Assembly: GCF_000014265.1 (NCBI RefSeq)
Contig: NC_008312.1
Span: 1,290,001-1,322,000, forward strand
Reading direction: 5' to 3'
DNA length: 32,000 nt
From: Trichodesmium erythraeum IMS101
GTDB taxonomy: Bacteria > Cyanobacteriota > Cyanobacteriia > Cyanobacteriales > Microcoleaceae
The notes beneath the pieces were generated by a model. That model did no database searches. It worked only from the letters and a program-made list of their open reading frames with translations, and was not told the DNA's origin. Below, in pieces: positions 7,259 to 16,594 of the stretch (position 1 is its first letter; the number at the start of each line of letters is the position of its first letter). Made by a program: the position numbers and the translations under genes.

Positions 7259-8650
7259 TTATTGAAACTCTCGTTTAATTGATTTTGCCCATAATAAAAA
7301 CGGTATTACACCACCTCCTAATAATGCTGCTAATGTGAATAAAAAAATGATGATTCTAGTCAGAGGAGGTAGGGAGCGCGACACCCAAGGAAATACATAA
7401 GGCTCTAATTCAGAATCTACTAAATTATTAGGCAACTTAAAACTAACTTGTACATTATGTAATGAGCCACGGTCAGCATTTATTGGTTGAATATAATTAA
7501 TTTGATACTCATCAAATAAAGCCTCTAAAAATTCGGTCAAACTGGTAGAAATATTTTCAGCATTTCCCGAAAATTCAGCAATACCATTAGTTACTCCTGC
7601 GATTTGTTGTAGTCGCCTTTGATCAACAAATTCTTCAGCAGCAACTTCTCTTAATTTCTCTGATCCATTACTTTTTTTTCTGCCTCTTTTACTAATATCT
7701 CTAATAGTTGGAGATTGCTTTAAATCATATTTTTGTTGCAACTGTTGGGGAGTCAAACCATAACCTAAAGTATGCACAGTAATATTAGGATAACTTTTTA
7801 ACATAAACATCATTTTTTCAAAATCTTGTGCTTCTAATTCTGGTTCATTTTCTCTATTTCCATAAATACTATGATAGCCATCAGAAAGTAAAATTATTGA
7901 ACGTCTTGGCTGAGGTAAATTAGAATTTATTGGTAAGTTAAAACGAGTATCTTCAGGATTACCAAAAAATTGTACTGCCTGACGCAAAGGTTCATAAATA
8001 TCTGTAGCTGCACAAAGATTATCTAGTTTACTCTCTAATTTATTGAGAGTCTGTTCGACCTTTTTTTTACCAGCTAAAACAAAATTATCTAGTTGTTTTT
8101 TCCTGACTTGATTTCCCGGACAATTTTTACCTCCTTTGCCAAAGGGCACGATGGAAATTCTGGTATTTTCTCCCTTTTTAGCTAAATCTTGATTGAACTT
8201 TCTAATAGCAGCGATCGCTCCTTCTAATTTAGTTTTTTCTCCACTACTATCCAATTGTTTCATACTGCCACTAAAATCTAATAAAACAATTACCCAAGCC
8301 GGAGGTAATTCTTTAGGTTGAGGAATTTTCAAATTAATATCTGCCTGGTTTAAAGTTTGACATTCTCCAGTTTTAGGGTCAGATTTTGGCGGACAAACTG
8401 TTAAGTTAAACTCATTTTTTTGCATACCTCTTATTGGTTTATTTTTTTGGTCGTAGACTTTAACCCGGAGGGTGACTTTTCCTTCATTTCTATCAGGAAT
8501 AGCCTCAATTATTTCCAGATTTTTGACTTTAGCAAAAACAGGATTAATGTAGCAAATTACTATTAATAAAGATAGACTAAGATCCCGGGCAAAAAAATAG
8601 ATTTTAGTAGACAAATATGAATAATTTTTTAGAATTAACATTTTCAGCAT
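7259..8650 (-). CDS. von Willebrand factor type A (vWA) domain protein with N-terminal signal-like segment and C-terminal TM anchor
   Basis: 463-aa ORF. MIDAS motif D-F-S-G-S (nt 8264-8278), with later CAATD and ILLSDG motifs. Signal-like LSLSLLIVICYINPVFA and a C-terminal hydrophobic LTRIIIFLFTLAALLGGGVIPFLLWA. The true start is uncertain because the first ~25 codons overlap a gene relic. Confidence 0.85.
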   Translation of the reverse strand: MLKMLILKNYSYLSTKIYFFARDLSLSLLIVICYINPVFAKVKNLEIIEAIPDRNEGKVTLRVKVYDQKNKPIRGMQKNEFNLTVCPPKSDPKTGECQTLNQADINLKIPQPKELPPAWVIVLLDFSGSMKQLDSSGEKTKLEGAIAAIRKFNQDLAKKGENTRISIVPFGKGGKNCPGNQVRKKQLDNFVLAGKKKVEQTLNKLESKLDNLCAATDIYEPLRQAVQFFGNPEDTRFNLPINSNLPQPRRSIILLSDGYHSIYGNRENEPELEAQDFEKMMFMLKSYPNITVHTLGYGLTPQQLQQKYDLKQSPTIRDISKRGRKKSNGSEKLREVAAEEFVDQRRLQQIAGVTNGIAEFSGNAENISTSLTEFLEALFDEYQINYIQPINADRGSLHNVQVSFKLPNNLVDSELEPYVFPWVSRSLPPLTRIIIFLFTLAALLGGGVIPFLLWAKSIKREFQ

Positions 8651-9045
8651 TAAATGTAATTAAGTCGTTATATTTGAGTTGAATTGGTGTACTTTCAGTC
8701 AGGCGATCGCCAAGATATTCTATTCTATTAAAAAAGTTGAGATTACGTACTAGAATTATTTGGCTAGATGGGAGGTATAAGTCAGCAATATGTAATAGTA
8801 AACCGGGAAAAAATATTCATCCAAAATTGTTAAATGCCTAAAATTTTAATTTGAGCTGAACCTATTTTAAGTTTGCTTTTAGGAGGTAATTGAATGGATA
8901 TTTTTTTTTCTTCAATTTTATCGGTTAAGTCATTACTAAAAAAATTATTCTGGAAAATAATTATTTATGAATATGGGGATAATTACTAGATATTTTATTT
9001 TGACTAATATTGAAATTTTTAAGGTCTTTAAAACCTTTTCCAGCA
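8562..9045 (-). pseudogene. Decayed duplicate of the 3' third (FHA-like domain) of the 9865-10983 gene
   Basis: Clear nucleotide similarity over the whole stretch to 9850-10345 (for example GGTGTACTTTCAGT(C/T)A(G/A)GCGATCGCC and TATCGGTTAAGTCATTACT), including the region around the stop codon. The reading frame is broken, and no corresponding ORF appears in the track. Confidence 0.7.
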
Positions 9046-9129
9046 GATAATTAAGTTATACAATATATGTTGAAATATGTTAATTATATCTATATTTCAA
9101 TCCTCCCATCTCTCTACTTCCCCTACTCG

Positions 9130-9747
9130 TTATTTAACCCCAGTGAGAATTGCTACTAAAATTTTCATTAAATCTTCTAAATCATTAGGTACTCGATATA
9201 AATTTAGGTCTTGTTTAACTTCCTTGTCAAGTCGTTTCAAAAGAGCAAATTGCCAAATTTTTCCTATAGAAACAGCTCCATATAATAAATTTTGTGCTGG
9301 TTCTGTTCTTTTATCAAGAGCAATTAACTCAACTGCTAGTTGCTTAAAACCTCTTTCTAAGTTTTCATCCTTAGCCTCAATAACTAATAAATTATTTCCC
9401 GCTTGTAAAAAATAATCTAGAGAACCTCTAAGCTGAGGTTCAACTTCTAAAGGATAGGAAACTTTGAGTTGAGCCTGACAATAATCAACTAATTCTATCA
9501 AGACTGGAGCAATTAAAAATTCTCGCTTTGCTATCTCACTATCTAAAGTAATATAAGGGAGACTTTTACGAAATCTTTGCTTGAGATTTTCTAACCCATT
9601 AATTTGTCGTTGAGACTTGGGTAAAACTAATTCTTCTTTAATTAATTGATAACCAAAGTAATTTAAGATATCCTCCGGGTAATAATTAAATTTGAAATAA
9701 TCTGAAAAGTTACAACTATCAGGTAGTTCAATTCGTATATTTATCAT
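9130..9747 (-). CDS. Hypothetical protein with PD-(D/E)xK-like motif (HsdR-N-like nuclease fold candidate)
   Basis: 205-aa ORF. GSLDYFLQAGNNLLVIEAKDENLERGFKQ fits the D...E-x-K pattern of restriction-endonuclease-fold proteins. The assignment rests on the motif only. Confidence 0.6.
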   Translation of the reverse strand: MINIRIELPDSCNFSDYFKFNYYPEDILNYFGYQLIKEELVLPKSQRQINGLENLKQRFRKSLPYITLDSEIAKREFLIAPVLIELVDYCQAQLKVSYPLEVEPQLRGSLDYFLQAGNNLLVIEAKDENLERGFKQLAVELIALDKRTEPAQNLLYGAVSIGKIWQFALLKRLDKEVKQDLNLYRVPNDLEDLMKILVAILTGVK

Positions 9748-9864
9748 AGTTTTTACCCATATTAATACTCTTCTTTAATTTCTTTGAGCTTTTGTAATGT
9801 ATTCCTAACTACCCGTTATAGAGATTTTACTTCCTTTACTTTTTTATAAATTAATAAATATAGA

Positions 9865-10983
9865 CTAACCTTGGGGATCCAAAAAGCGATTATAGTAAAC
9901 AAATCTGAATAATTTTTGATTGTTATAGATACCATTTTCAGCATGAAATGTAATTAAATCATTATGTTTAAGTTTAATTGGTGTACTTTCAGTTAAGCGA
10001 TCGCCTTGATATTCTATTCTATTAAAAAATTTCAGATTAGGCACTAGAATTGTTTGGCTAGGTTCTAGATCTAAATCAGCAATATGTAATGGTAAACCGG
10101 GAATACAAATATTTACCCCAAATTGTTGATTACCGAAAATTTTAAGTTGAGCTGAACCTATTTTAACTTTACCTCTAGGAGGTAATTGAATAGATAATCC
10201 TTCTTCAATTTTATCGGTTAAGTCATTACTCACAAATTTCAATCTAGGTAATAATTCTTTTTGAATATGAGGATAATTATTAGGTGTTTGATACTGACTA
10301 ATATCGAGATTTTCAATATATTCAAAACCTGCTCCAGCTCTGAGGGCAACTAGATGACTTGGAGAAGTAGAAAAGCTCAATACTAAACCTAACAAACCAC
10401 CCAACAAAGAAAACCCTATTGTGTCTTCCCAAGCTTTTAAAGCTATAGGCATTCCTCCCATTTTATGTCGTATCCATTCAAAGATAATAGCTGCTAATAA
10501 AGCAGTTAAAATACTGGTGCCCAAGCTAATAGTAAGTCGTTGCCAAAAACGCCTTTTATCTCCTGCTTCTATACTGCGCCATCGCCAAGTCAAACCTTCG
10601 GCTAAACCCACTGCTCCTCCAATTAATATCCAGCCAACTATTCTGACAAATTCATCGGGTATAGTTATGACTTTATCTCGTAATTGTGGATTAAGTAATA
10701 TTTGTACTAATGCTCCAGAAGTAATACCAATTAAAAATCCTAATCCTCCAGCAATACTTAGGGGTATTATACCTCTGCTGAAGTTCCGTTTAAACCGAGT
10801 GGGATTACTTAAAAATATATCCGTAGCTACTATGCCAACTGCTAGGGAAATTGCAATACAAGGAAATAATGCTAGTTCGGGAATTTTTTTGAACCAGCCT
10901 AGATCACTGAGGATAAATTGCCCTATGCTCCAACCTATTAATGCGGATGTAATGCCTGACAGAATATATAGGTATATTCTCAT
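9865..10983 (-). CDS. Polytopic membrane protein with C-terminal degenerate FHA-like beta domain
   Basis: 372-aa ORF. The N-terminal ~215 aa contain multiple hydrophobic helices. The C-terminal KIGSAQ...NICIPGLPLHIADLDLEP...ILVPN...RIEYQGDRL...IKLKHNDLITF resembles an FHA domain but lacks the canonical Arg/Ser residues. Confidence 0.7.
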   Translation of the reverse strand: MRIYLYILSGITSALIGWSIGQFILSDLGWFKKIPELALFPCIAISLAVGIVATDIFLSNPTRFKRNFSRGIIPLSIAGGLGFLIGITSGALVQILLNPQLRDKVITIPDEFVRIVGWILIGGAVGLAEGLTWRWRSIEAGDKRRFWQRLTISLGTSILTALLAAIIFEWIRHKMGGMPIALKAWEDTIGFSLLGGLLGLVLSFSTSPSHLVALRAGAGFEYIENLDISQYQTPNNYPHIQKELLPRLKFVSNDLTDKIEEGLSIQLPPRGKVKIGSAQLKIFGNQQFGVNICIPGLPLHIADLDLEPSQTILVPNLKFFNRIEYQGDRLTESTPIKLKHNDLITFHAENGIYNNQKLFRFVYYNRFLDPQG

Positions 10984-11137
10984 AATTTCAGATTAATTTT
11001 GATTTTTATAGAGTTGACTTAACTAGTATTTTTAACACTGATCCGTGGATGATTAAAGGAATAAACAATCAAGAAGAAATCATATTTTTTTTCATTCTCT
11101 TGTTATTCTCAAAAACTTTATAAGTATTCAGTCCTCG

Positions 11138-11179
11138 GCTATCAGCTATCAGCTATCAGTTATGAGTTATTAGCTCATT
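11138..11179. repeat. STRR-like heptamer tandem repeat (GCTATCA x3, then degenerate units)
   Basis: Reads GCTATCAGCTATCAGCTATCAGTTATGAGTTATTAGCTC. Related heptamer runs occur at 17743-17759 and 24120-24140. Such repeats are characteristic of heterocystous cyanobacteria. Confidence 0.7.
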
Positions 11180-11781
11180 ATAAAGGAATGTTATGTAATT
11201 GGTCATCAGGTAACCTTAGTATTTACTTCTATAAATTCTCAAACTGAGAGCTAACTGCTAATAGCTGAATTCTTAACCCCAAAAGGATACTCTATAAACC
11301 AGATTTAGTATTAGTTACTTTGGATAAGCTAATATAAATTATTTTCCATTTCTGTATAAATCAATTAATTTTATTTACTAGGATAATTTTTCACTTAGAT
11401 AATCAAAAAAAAAGCTCAAAAAACTCAAAATATAGCTTGACAAAATATATTTGACAAGATATTATAAACATAATGGAAAAGATGTGCTCATATATAGTAA
11501 TTAAGTTATGTACTCATAAGTTTAGAAATGCCTAGGATAGACTATAAATTTACTCCTTATGTTTACCTGAATGACTCAACTTATTTAGTTTGTTTCCTCA
11601 GCTTTTAATCATTTTTAGTATTTCTTTTCATCATCACCAAATCAATCAATAGAATTATAAACATATACTATATAACCAGCTTCTATATTATATGGAATTC
11701 ATTTTCTGACTCGGTTTATGTATCCAATATCGAATAGAGAAAATAGGCGATCGCTTATTTCAGACTAAAGTAGGAATATAA

Positions 11782-12578
11782 CTACCGAACTTGCTCCCTA
11801 AGCCATCCCCGTATTATAAGCTCCGGTTCCACACCCAAGGCTTTTAACTGCTCTGCCAAGGGTTCGGCCCGTTGACGTTCTTGTTCAGCTAGCCCACATC
11901 CTGTCAGCAAAAGATTTTCTTGGCTATCCCATCAACGCAACCAAGGCCAGACTTGGCTTTGATGTTTGCCTTCCCAGATACCAAGCTCTACCCCCAAAGA
12001 TTTTATAGGATAACGTTTGCCTTCATTTGGGAGTATTTTTTGATAGTAACCATGTACCAAATTATATACTTCCACACGCGCCTTTTGAACTTCATATATG
12101 TGATAAAAAGGTGCACAAATTCCTTGTTCATAAACCAAAAAATTACCTTTTTCCTTGGTGTTTTTTCTCTCTCTTCTGACCAGTCTCCAGAAAAAAATTC
12201 TAATACAATTAATGGGTTGATTAATTCCTTCTATAAAACAGAAGAACGACGTAATTTACCATCTAATTTTTGTAGCACATTCGGTACATAAAAACAGTCA
12301 GGATAAACAGAACTTTTTTCTGGTGTTTCTGTTGCTTTAGTGATGCGCCAATAAATGGCACTATCTCGACCGACGCAGTATTTATCATCGGGATAAATTT
12401 GTTGCAAAATTGGAGTAATAGAATGAGTTAATAAATCTCCTTGTGGAGGTTCTTGAAAATTTTTCACAAAGTCCTGATCCTTGTCGGAGAATTGAGTTTG
12501 GTCTGGTAAACTTTTTGATAAATTAGAAGTAGGTAATAAATTAAAGGATTTTTCTGTTGGTTTAGTTATTGAATTCAT
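11782..12578 (-). pseudogene. Uma2-family (DUF820) endonuclease pseudogene
   Basis: The N-terminal part (115-aa ORF 12231-12578) and the central part (68-aa ORF 11932-12138, EVYNLVHGYY...LGIWEG) lie in different frames. An in-frame TGA then precedes the typical family tail WDSQENLLLTGCGLAEQERQRAEPLAEQLKALGVEPE, which I translated by hand down to the stop at 11782. Confidence 0.7.
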
Positions 12579-12712
12579 ATTAATTTTAAAGTTACAAACT
12601 TAGGCAGGTTTTATAGAATAATTTTCCTGATATTACCTTTGAAATTATTATAGTAGTTTCTTTAAAAGATTACTTAAAAGGTTAGTAGTCTAGTAATCAG
12701 CAAAATACATAG

Positions 12713-12848
12713 AAAGCTATTGAAGTAACAGAAAAATTTTCAGCAAATTGTCTGAATATTATTCCTAATATTGGCTGTATATAAAGCTATTGAAGTAACA
12801 GAAAAATTTTCAGCAAATTGTCTGAATATTATTCCTAATATTGGCTGT
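12713..12848 (+). repeat. Perfect 66-bp direct repeat, two copies with 70-bp period
   Basis: AAAGCTATTGAAGTAACAGAAAAATTTTCAGCAAATTGTCTGAATATTATTCCTAATATTGGCTGT occurs at 12713-12778 and again at 12783-12848, separated by ATAT. Confidence 0.95.
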
Positions 12849-13102
12849 GAAGTTTATGCGTAAAAAAAATAATTTTGTTGACTATCAAAATGGCAAAGGC
12901 ATCAGTTTTTATCAACATAAAACACAGTCCTAAGAACAAAACTCTGAAGATTTTATGAAACGTCTTTACTTTGGTTTACCTAAGTAAAAATTCTTCTTAT
13001 AAGAAATTTATAGAAATTGAATAGCATCAAAAAAAGCTGACGACTGGTAACTTAAATGAAGACTGACTGCTAATAGCTAACTTCTATAACTATAGATAAT
13101 TT

Positions 13103-15283
13103 TTATCCACAACGTTGAGGTCGTGTTTGTAAATTAATTTCTAACAAGTCTGCAAGATCGCACTTTAATTTATCTGCCGTTTTCTTATTCGGTTCTATGT
13201 AGCCAAAACCATCACTAAAAAATTTTTTTTGATAGGAATAAATTGCTCCTATCCACTGCTTTTTCACCACTAAATATTTATCTTCTTCCCCGATAACATC
13301 ATCTTTATAGCCTGCGATATACTGAATTTTTACATCATTTTCTAGAATCTCATGAATAGCTTTAATAATTTCTAAACGCGCATCTTCTGTTGTCAATAAC
13401 GTCGAATTTTGATTTAATAATTCTACCTCTAACTCCCGAACAATTTTTTGAATTTCTCTCCTCGTAGTGGAAAACTTTTCTAGTGCTTTTTCCATTTTTT
13501 CCGTCGAAAGTTCACTCACAGTATTTTTTTCTACATCAGTTAATATTTCTTCTGAGGAAAGGGGATATTCTTGAGTTTTCCTTTCAACAATATTTCCACT
13601 ATTAAGCTTACCTACCTGATATCCTAAAATAAAAAACAAACCATGAGAAAACATAATCAGAAAAGTTGCTGCTACTGACCGTCTATATTTTCTAATTAAT
13701 ATAGTAATATGGTCAGAAAAATCTAATTCCCTTTCAACAGTTAACCCAAAAATAATTGTTTGATAAAAATATTTGAGTTTCGGAAACGCGGCGGTAAAAA
13801 TTTCTTTTGGTACTTTTCCATTGCTAATTTGGTGAAAATAAGCTGCTAACTCATAATCAGATAGTTGATAAAATAAATCGGCAAAAGGTTGATAATAATT
13901 GGAGGTTTTCTGAGAGGTTTTCTGATAGGAGGAGGAAGTTTTATCCCAACGATTTTTTAGAAAATCAATTAACTTTTTCCAAGTAGCATTTCCATACACT
14001 AATTCATCTTTTTGTTGACCAGGATTTTTGTGTAATAGACTATTTTCTAAAGATTTTAAATCCTGGCGAACTTGTTGTTTAATTATGCTCGAATGTGCTG
14101 ACCATAAACTGTCTTGATTTTTTAAAAGACAACAGTAGTCAGTAACAGATATTTTTTTTCCTAAGATTTGAGATAAGACATGATTTGCTCCTAAGATGAT
14201 TAATGGTTCTAATAATTTTTTATAATTTCTCAGTTGTAATTGTAATTGTCTGGAAATTTTTTGCTTTTCATTTTCTTTCTTTCTATGCCTACTAATATTT
14301 AACCAATTTAGATATTCTGGTAAACTCTCAGGAATAAAAATTGCCCTTAAAGTTAATAACCTAATCATCTGAGCATTAGCATTTCCTTGTTTTATCCCAT
14401 TAGTCGCTCCCAGGTTATCAAATAAATTGTTTAAATATTCTGATGTAATTTGACCATTCTGTAATTTTAAAACTAAATTTTCTATCCATTCTTGCTTGAT
14501 TTTAGAGCCACTAATTAATCCTTTAATTGCTGTTTCTATAGCAGCTTCATCTATATATCTTGAGGTATTACTAGAAGAATTTTTAATCATTTTTGTCTGT
14601 ATTTTTGTCAGGTTTGCTGCTACTTCTGCATTGGCTGGATGAATAATTATAAATTGTTCTGGTCGCTCAACAGCTTCAAGATTATAAATCCATGATATGG
14701 GGAGATCATTGGCTTTTAATTCAGCCATTTTATTCAGAATTTGTAAGTCAGATAATTTAGTAGAAATTATGACTGGGAAAGTTGTAGTGTTCAGCCAATT
14801 TTGCCAATTTTTAGGTAAATTTATTTCTGGTTTTTTTGTGACTTGATGTTTGTTTGGTTTTCCAATCTGTTTAGTTTCAGATGGATTAAATATTGGATTA
14901 ATTCCCTGTTGCTGCTGAATATTTATCCAATCTAATATTTGCCAAATATTATCTTTTCCAGTACATAAAAAATAACGATAAAAAGAAGTAGAACGACTAT
15001 ATTCATCTTGCCCAGATGTCACTACCGCAACTACTGAATAATCTGGTTCTTTATCGTTCATACTTAACACAACTCGCCCAACAAAAGTAGGTTCTTGACT
15101 ATGGCGATCTTTGCCGACTTCAAATCCTTTATTGGCAATTGCTCTTGCTAGAGAATAGGGAATTTTTGGCAAGGTTAAATTCATATATTCTCCTACTTTA
15201 AATCCCCGGGAAATCCATTGACCGTTGGGTAATATTTCGGGAATTATGCCTGTGCTAAACTCGTGAATTTCAATATTTTTCAT
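13103..15283 (-). CDS. 726-aa partner of the paired NTPases: N-terminal alpha/beta region, long helical middle, one TM segment, C-terminal coiled-coil region (possible GAP1-like GTPase-associated protein)
   Basis: Long uninterrupted ORF in the same orientation as the two NTPase genes and downstream of them. Hydrophobic VAATFLIMFSHGLFFILGY lies at about nt 13612-13677. Heptad-like charged stretches follow (EKALEKFSTTRREIQKIVRELEVELL). The GAP1 assignment is an inference and was not verified. Confidence 0.8.
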   Translation of the reverse strand: MKNIEIHEFSTGIIPEILPNGQWISRGFKVGEYMNLTLPKIPYSLARAIANKGFEVGKDRHSQEPTFVGRVVLSMNDKEPDYSVVAVVTSGQDEYSRSTSFYRYFLCTGKDNIWQILDWINIQQQQGINPIFNPSETKQIGKPNKHQVTKKPEINLPKNWQNWLNTTTFPVIISTKLSDLQILNKMAELKANDLPISWIYNLEAVERPEQFIIIHPANAEVAANLTKIQTKMIKNSSSNTSRYIDEAAIETAIKGLISGSKIKQEWIENLVLKLQNGQITSEYLNNLFDNLGATNGIKQGNANAQMIRLLTLRAIFIPESLPEYLNWLNISRHRKKENEKQKISRQLQLQLRNYKKLLEPLIILGANHVLSQILGKKISVTDYCCLLKNQDSLWSAHSSIIKQQVRQDLKSLENSLLHKNPGQQKDELVYGNATWKKLIDFLKNRWDKTSSSYQKTSQKTSNYYQPFADLFYQLSDYELAAYFHQISNGKVPKEIFTAAFPKLKYFYQTIIFGLTVERELDFSDHITILIRKYRRSVAATFLIMFSHGLFFILGYQVGKLNSGNIVERKTQEYPLSSEEILTDVEKNTVSELSTEKMEKALEKFSTTRREIQKIVRELEVELLNQNSTLLTTEDARLEIIKAIHEILENDVKIQYIAGYKDDVIGEEDKYLVVKKQWIGAIYSYQKKFFSDGFGYIEPNKKTADKLKCDLADLLEINLQTRPQRCG

Positions 15284-15630
15284 TTCCTAATACTAATTCA
15301 CTTCAATACTTCAATACTGATAAATAAAAATAATTTGTAGGGGTTTTGCAAAACTATTCCACTAAAATATTGAAGCAAAGATTTGCGGAATAAATTTTGA
15401 TTTAATACTAATTTTTATGGATTAGTTTTATATTGACATGATGCTTCAGTTCTTAATTAATTAAGACAAGGGCAAACAGGAAAAATAGTCAATTAATTTG
15501 ACTGAAATATTTGCAAAAATTGCTGTCAATACTGGGTGGATAGATGTATCTAAAATATCACCTAACTTTTAATTTTTTAGTTTTTGCTTTTAACTTTTAA
15601 ATTTTAAATTTTGCCTTTCACAAACTAGTA

Positions 15631-16536
15631 TTAATCTTGCTCTAAATGTAAATTACGCTTACCTGTACAAATCCAATATATAGGAGAAACTAAACCAAAA
15701 GGTCGCCATTTTTTTGAGTCTCCTAATACAGATGCTACCCCGCTACGATCGCGATAAATTTCTTCAGAATTTGGTTGAAAATATTTATTTTGATTTCTTG
15801 TTGCGCCAAAAGCAGAAGTTGTAAAATATTCCACATTTCCCATTCCTAAATCTTGCCAAGATTCTAATCTTTTAAAAATAGTAGGAAATCTGGCTTTTAA
15901 CAAAAATTTTGGTTTGTGTCTATTTCCCCATAAATCTGCTAATTCACACTTAGTTAATACTAGAGCAATTCGCCGTTTTTGACTGAAAATATTTCCCCCT
16001 GCTAATGCTACTAAAAGTTGATCAACTCCTCTGGCATATTCTAAGTCTTTACGATGAGTTGTACCATCAATCATTAACATAATTCCTGTGGCGGGAAAAC
16101 AATCATTTAAGTAGTCTCGGAGTAGCTGACTATTTGTTTCTTGAAGTACATCGCTGAAAAATTCTCCAGAATAATCTTTGCAACTAATATCTAAGTTTAA
16201 AACGGTGTTTGAAAATTTGGAATTATCTGTTTTTTTCAGAACAATTCTTAAACTATAATCCTTAATTTCTAGCACGTCACTAGCTAAACGAGTTGGTTCA
16301 ATTTGTAATCCTTTTTCTATCAAGTCTTGTGCCTGTCTAATTAAAGATTCTCCGTCTTTATTTGCTGGAGTAACTAACTCGACTGGACTCGATATATCGG
16401 CATTTGGCCACCTAGCTAAAGCAGCCATATAAGTCGTTTTTCCCGCGGCGCGATCGCCTATTACCCGTAAAACTCCAGAATGATTTTCGACTTTTAATTC
16501 TTGATTATTTCTGGGTTTAAATATAGATTTAAACAT
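15631..16536 (-). CDS. Divergent Ras-like (TRAFAC-type) P-loop NTPase, paralogue B
   Basis: 301-aa ORF. Walker A GDRAAGKT (nt 16435-16458), IEPT, D-Y-S-G-E, T-K-C-E where NKxD is expected, S-A-F-G, and a C-terminal W-R-P-F-G-x3-P-I-Y-W motif. Confidence 0.85.
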   Translation of the reverse strand: MFKSIFKPRNNQELKVENHSGVLRVIGDRAAGKTTYMAALARWPNADISSPVELVTPANKDGESLIRQAQDLIEKGLQIEPTRLASDVLEIKDYSLRIVLKKTDNSKFSNTVLNLDISCKDYSGEFFSDVLQETNSQLLRDYLNDCFPATGIMLMIDGTTHRKDLEYARGVDQLLVALAGGNIFSQKRRIALVLTKCELADLWGNRHKPKFLLKARFPTIFKRLESWQDLGMGNVEYFTTSAFGATRNQNKYFQPNSEEIYRDRSGVASVLGDSKKWRPFGLVSPIYWICTGKRNLHLEQD

Positions 16537-16594
16537 TCTAAATAATTAAAATTTTTTTGATTTTAACTGATTTGAACTTTTGAATGGATGACTT

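Noticed and set aside
10421-10996. 191-aa + strand ORF antisense to the membrane/FHA-like gene. Similar antisense ORFs occur at 22936-23493, 28914-29552, 9077-9415, 2586-2828, 11920-12291 and 21107-21593
   Set aside because: All lie opposite longer ORFs that carry recognisable domains. Their translations are low-complexity with no motifs, which is typical of antisense shadow ORFs.
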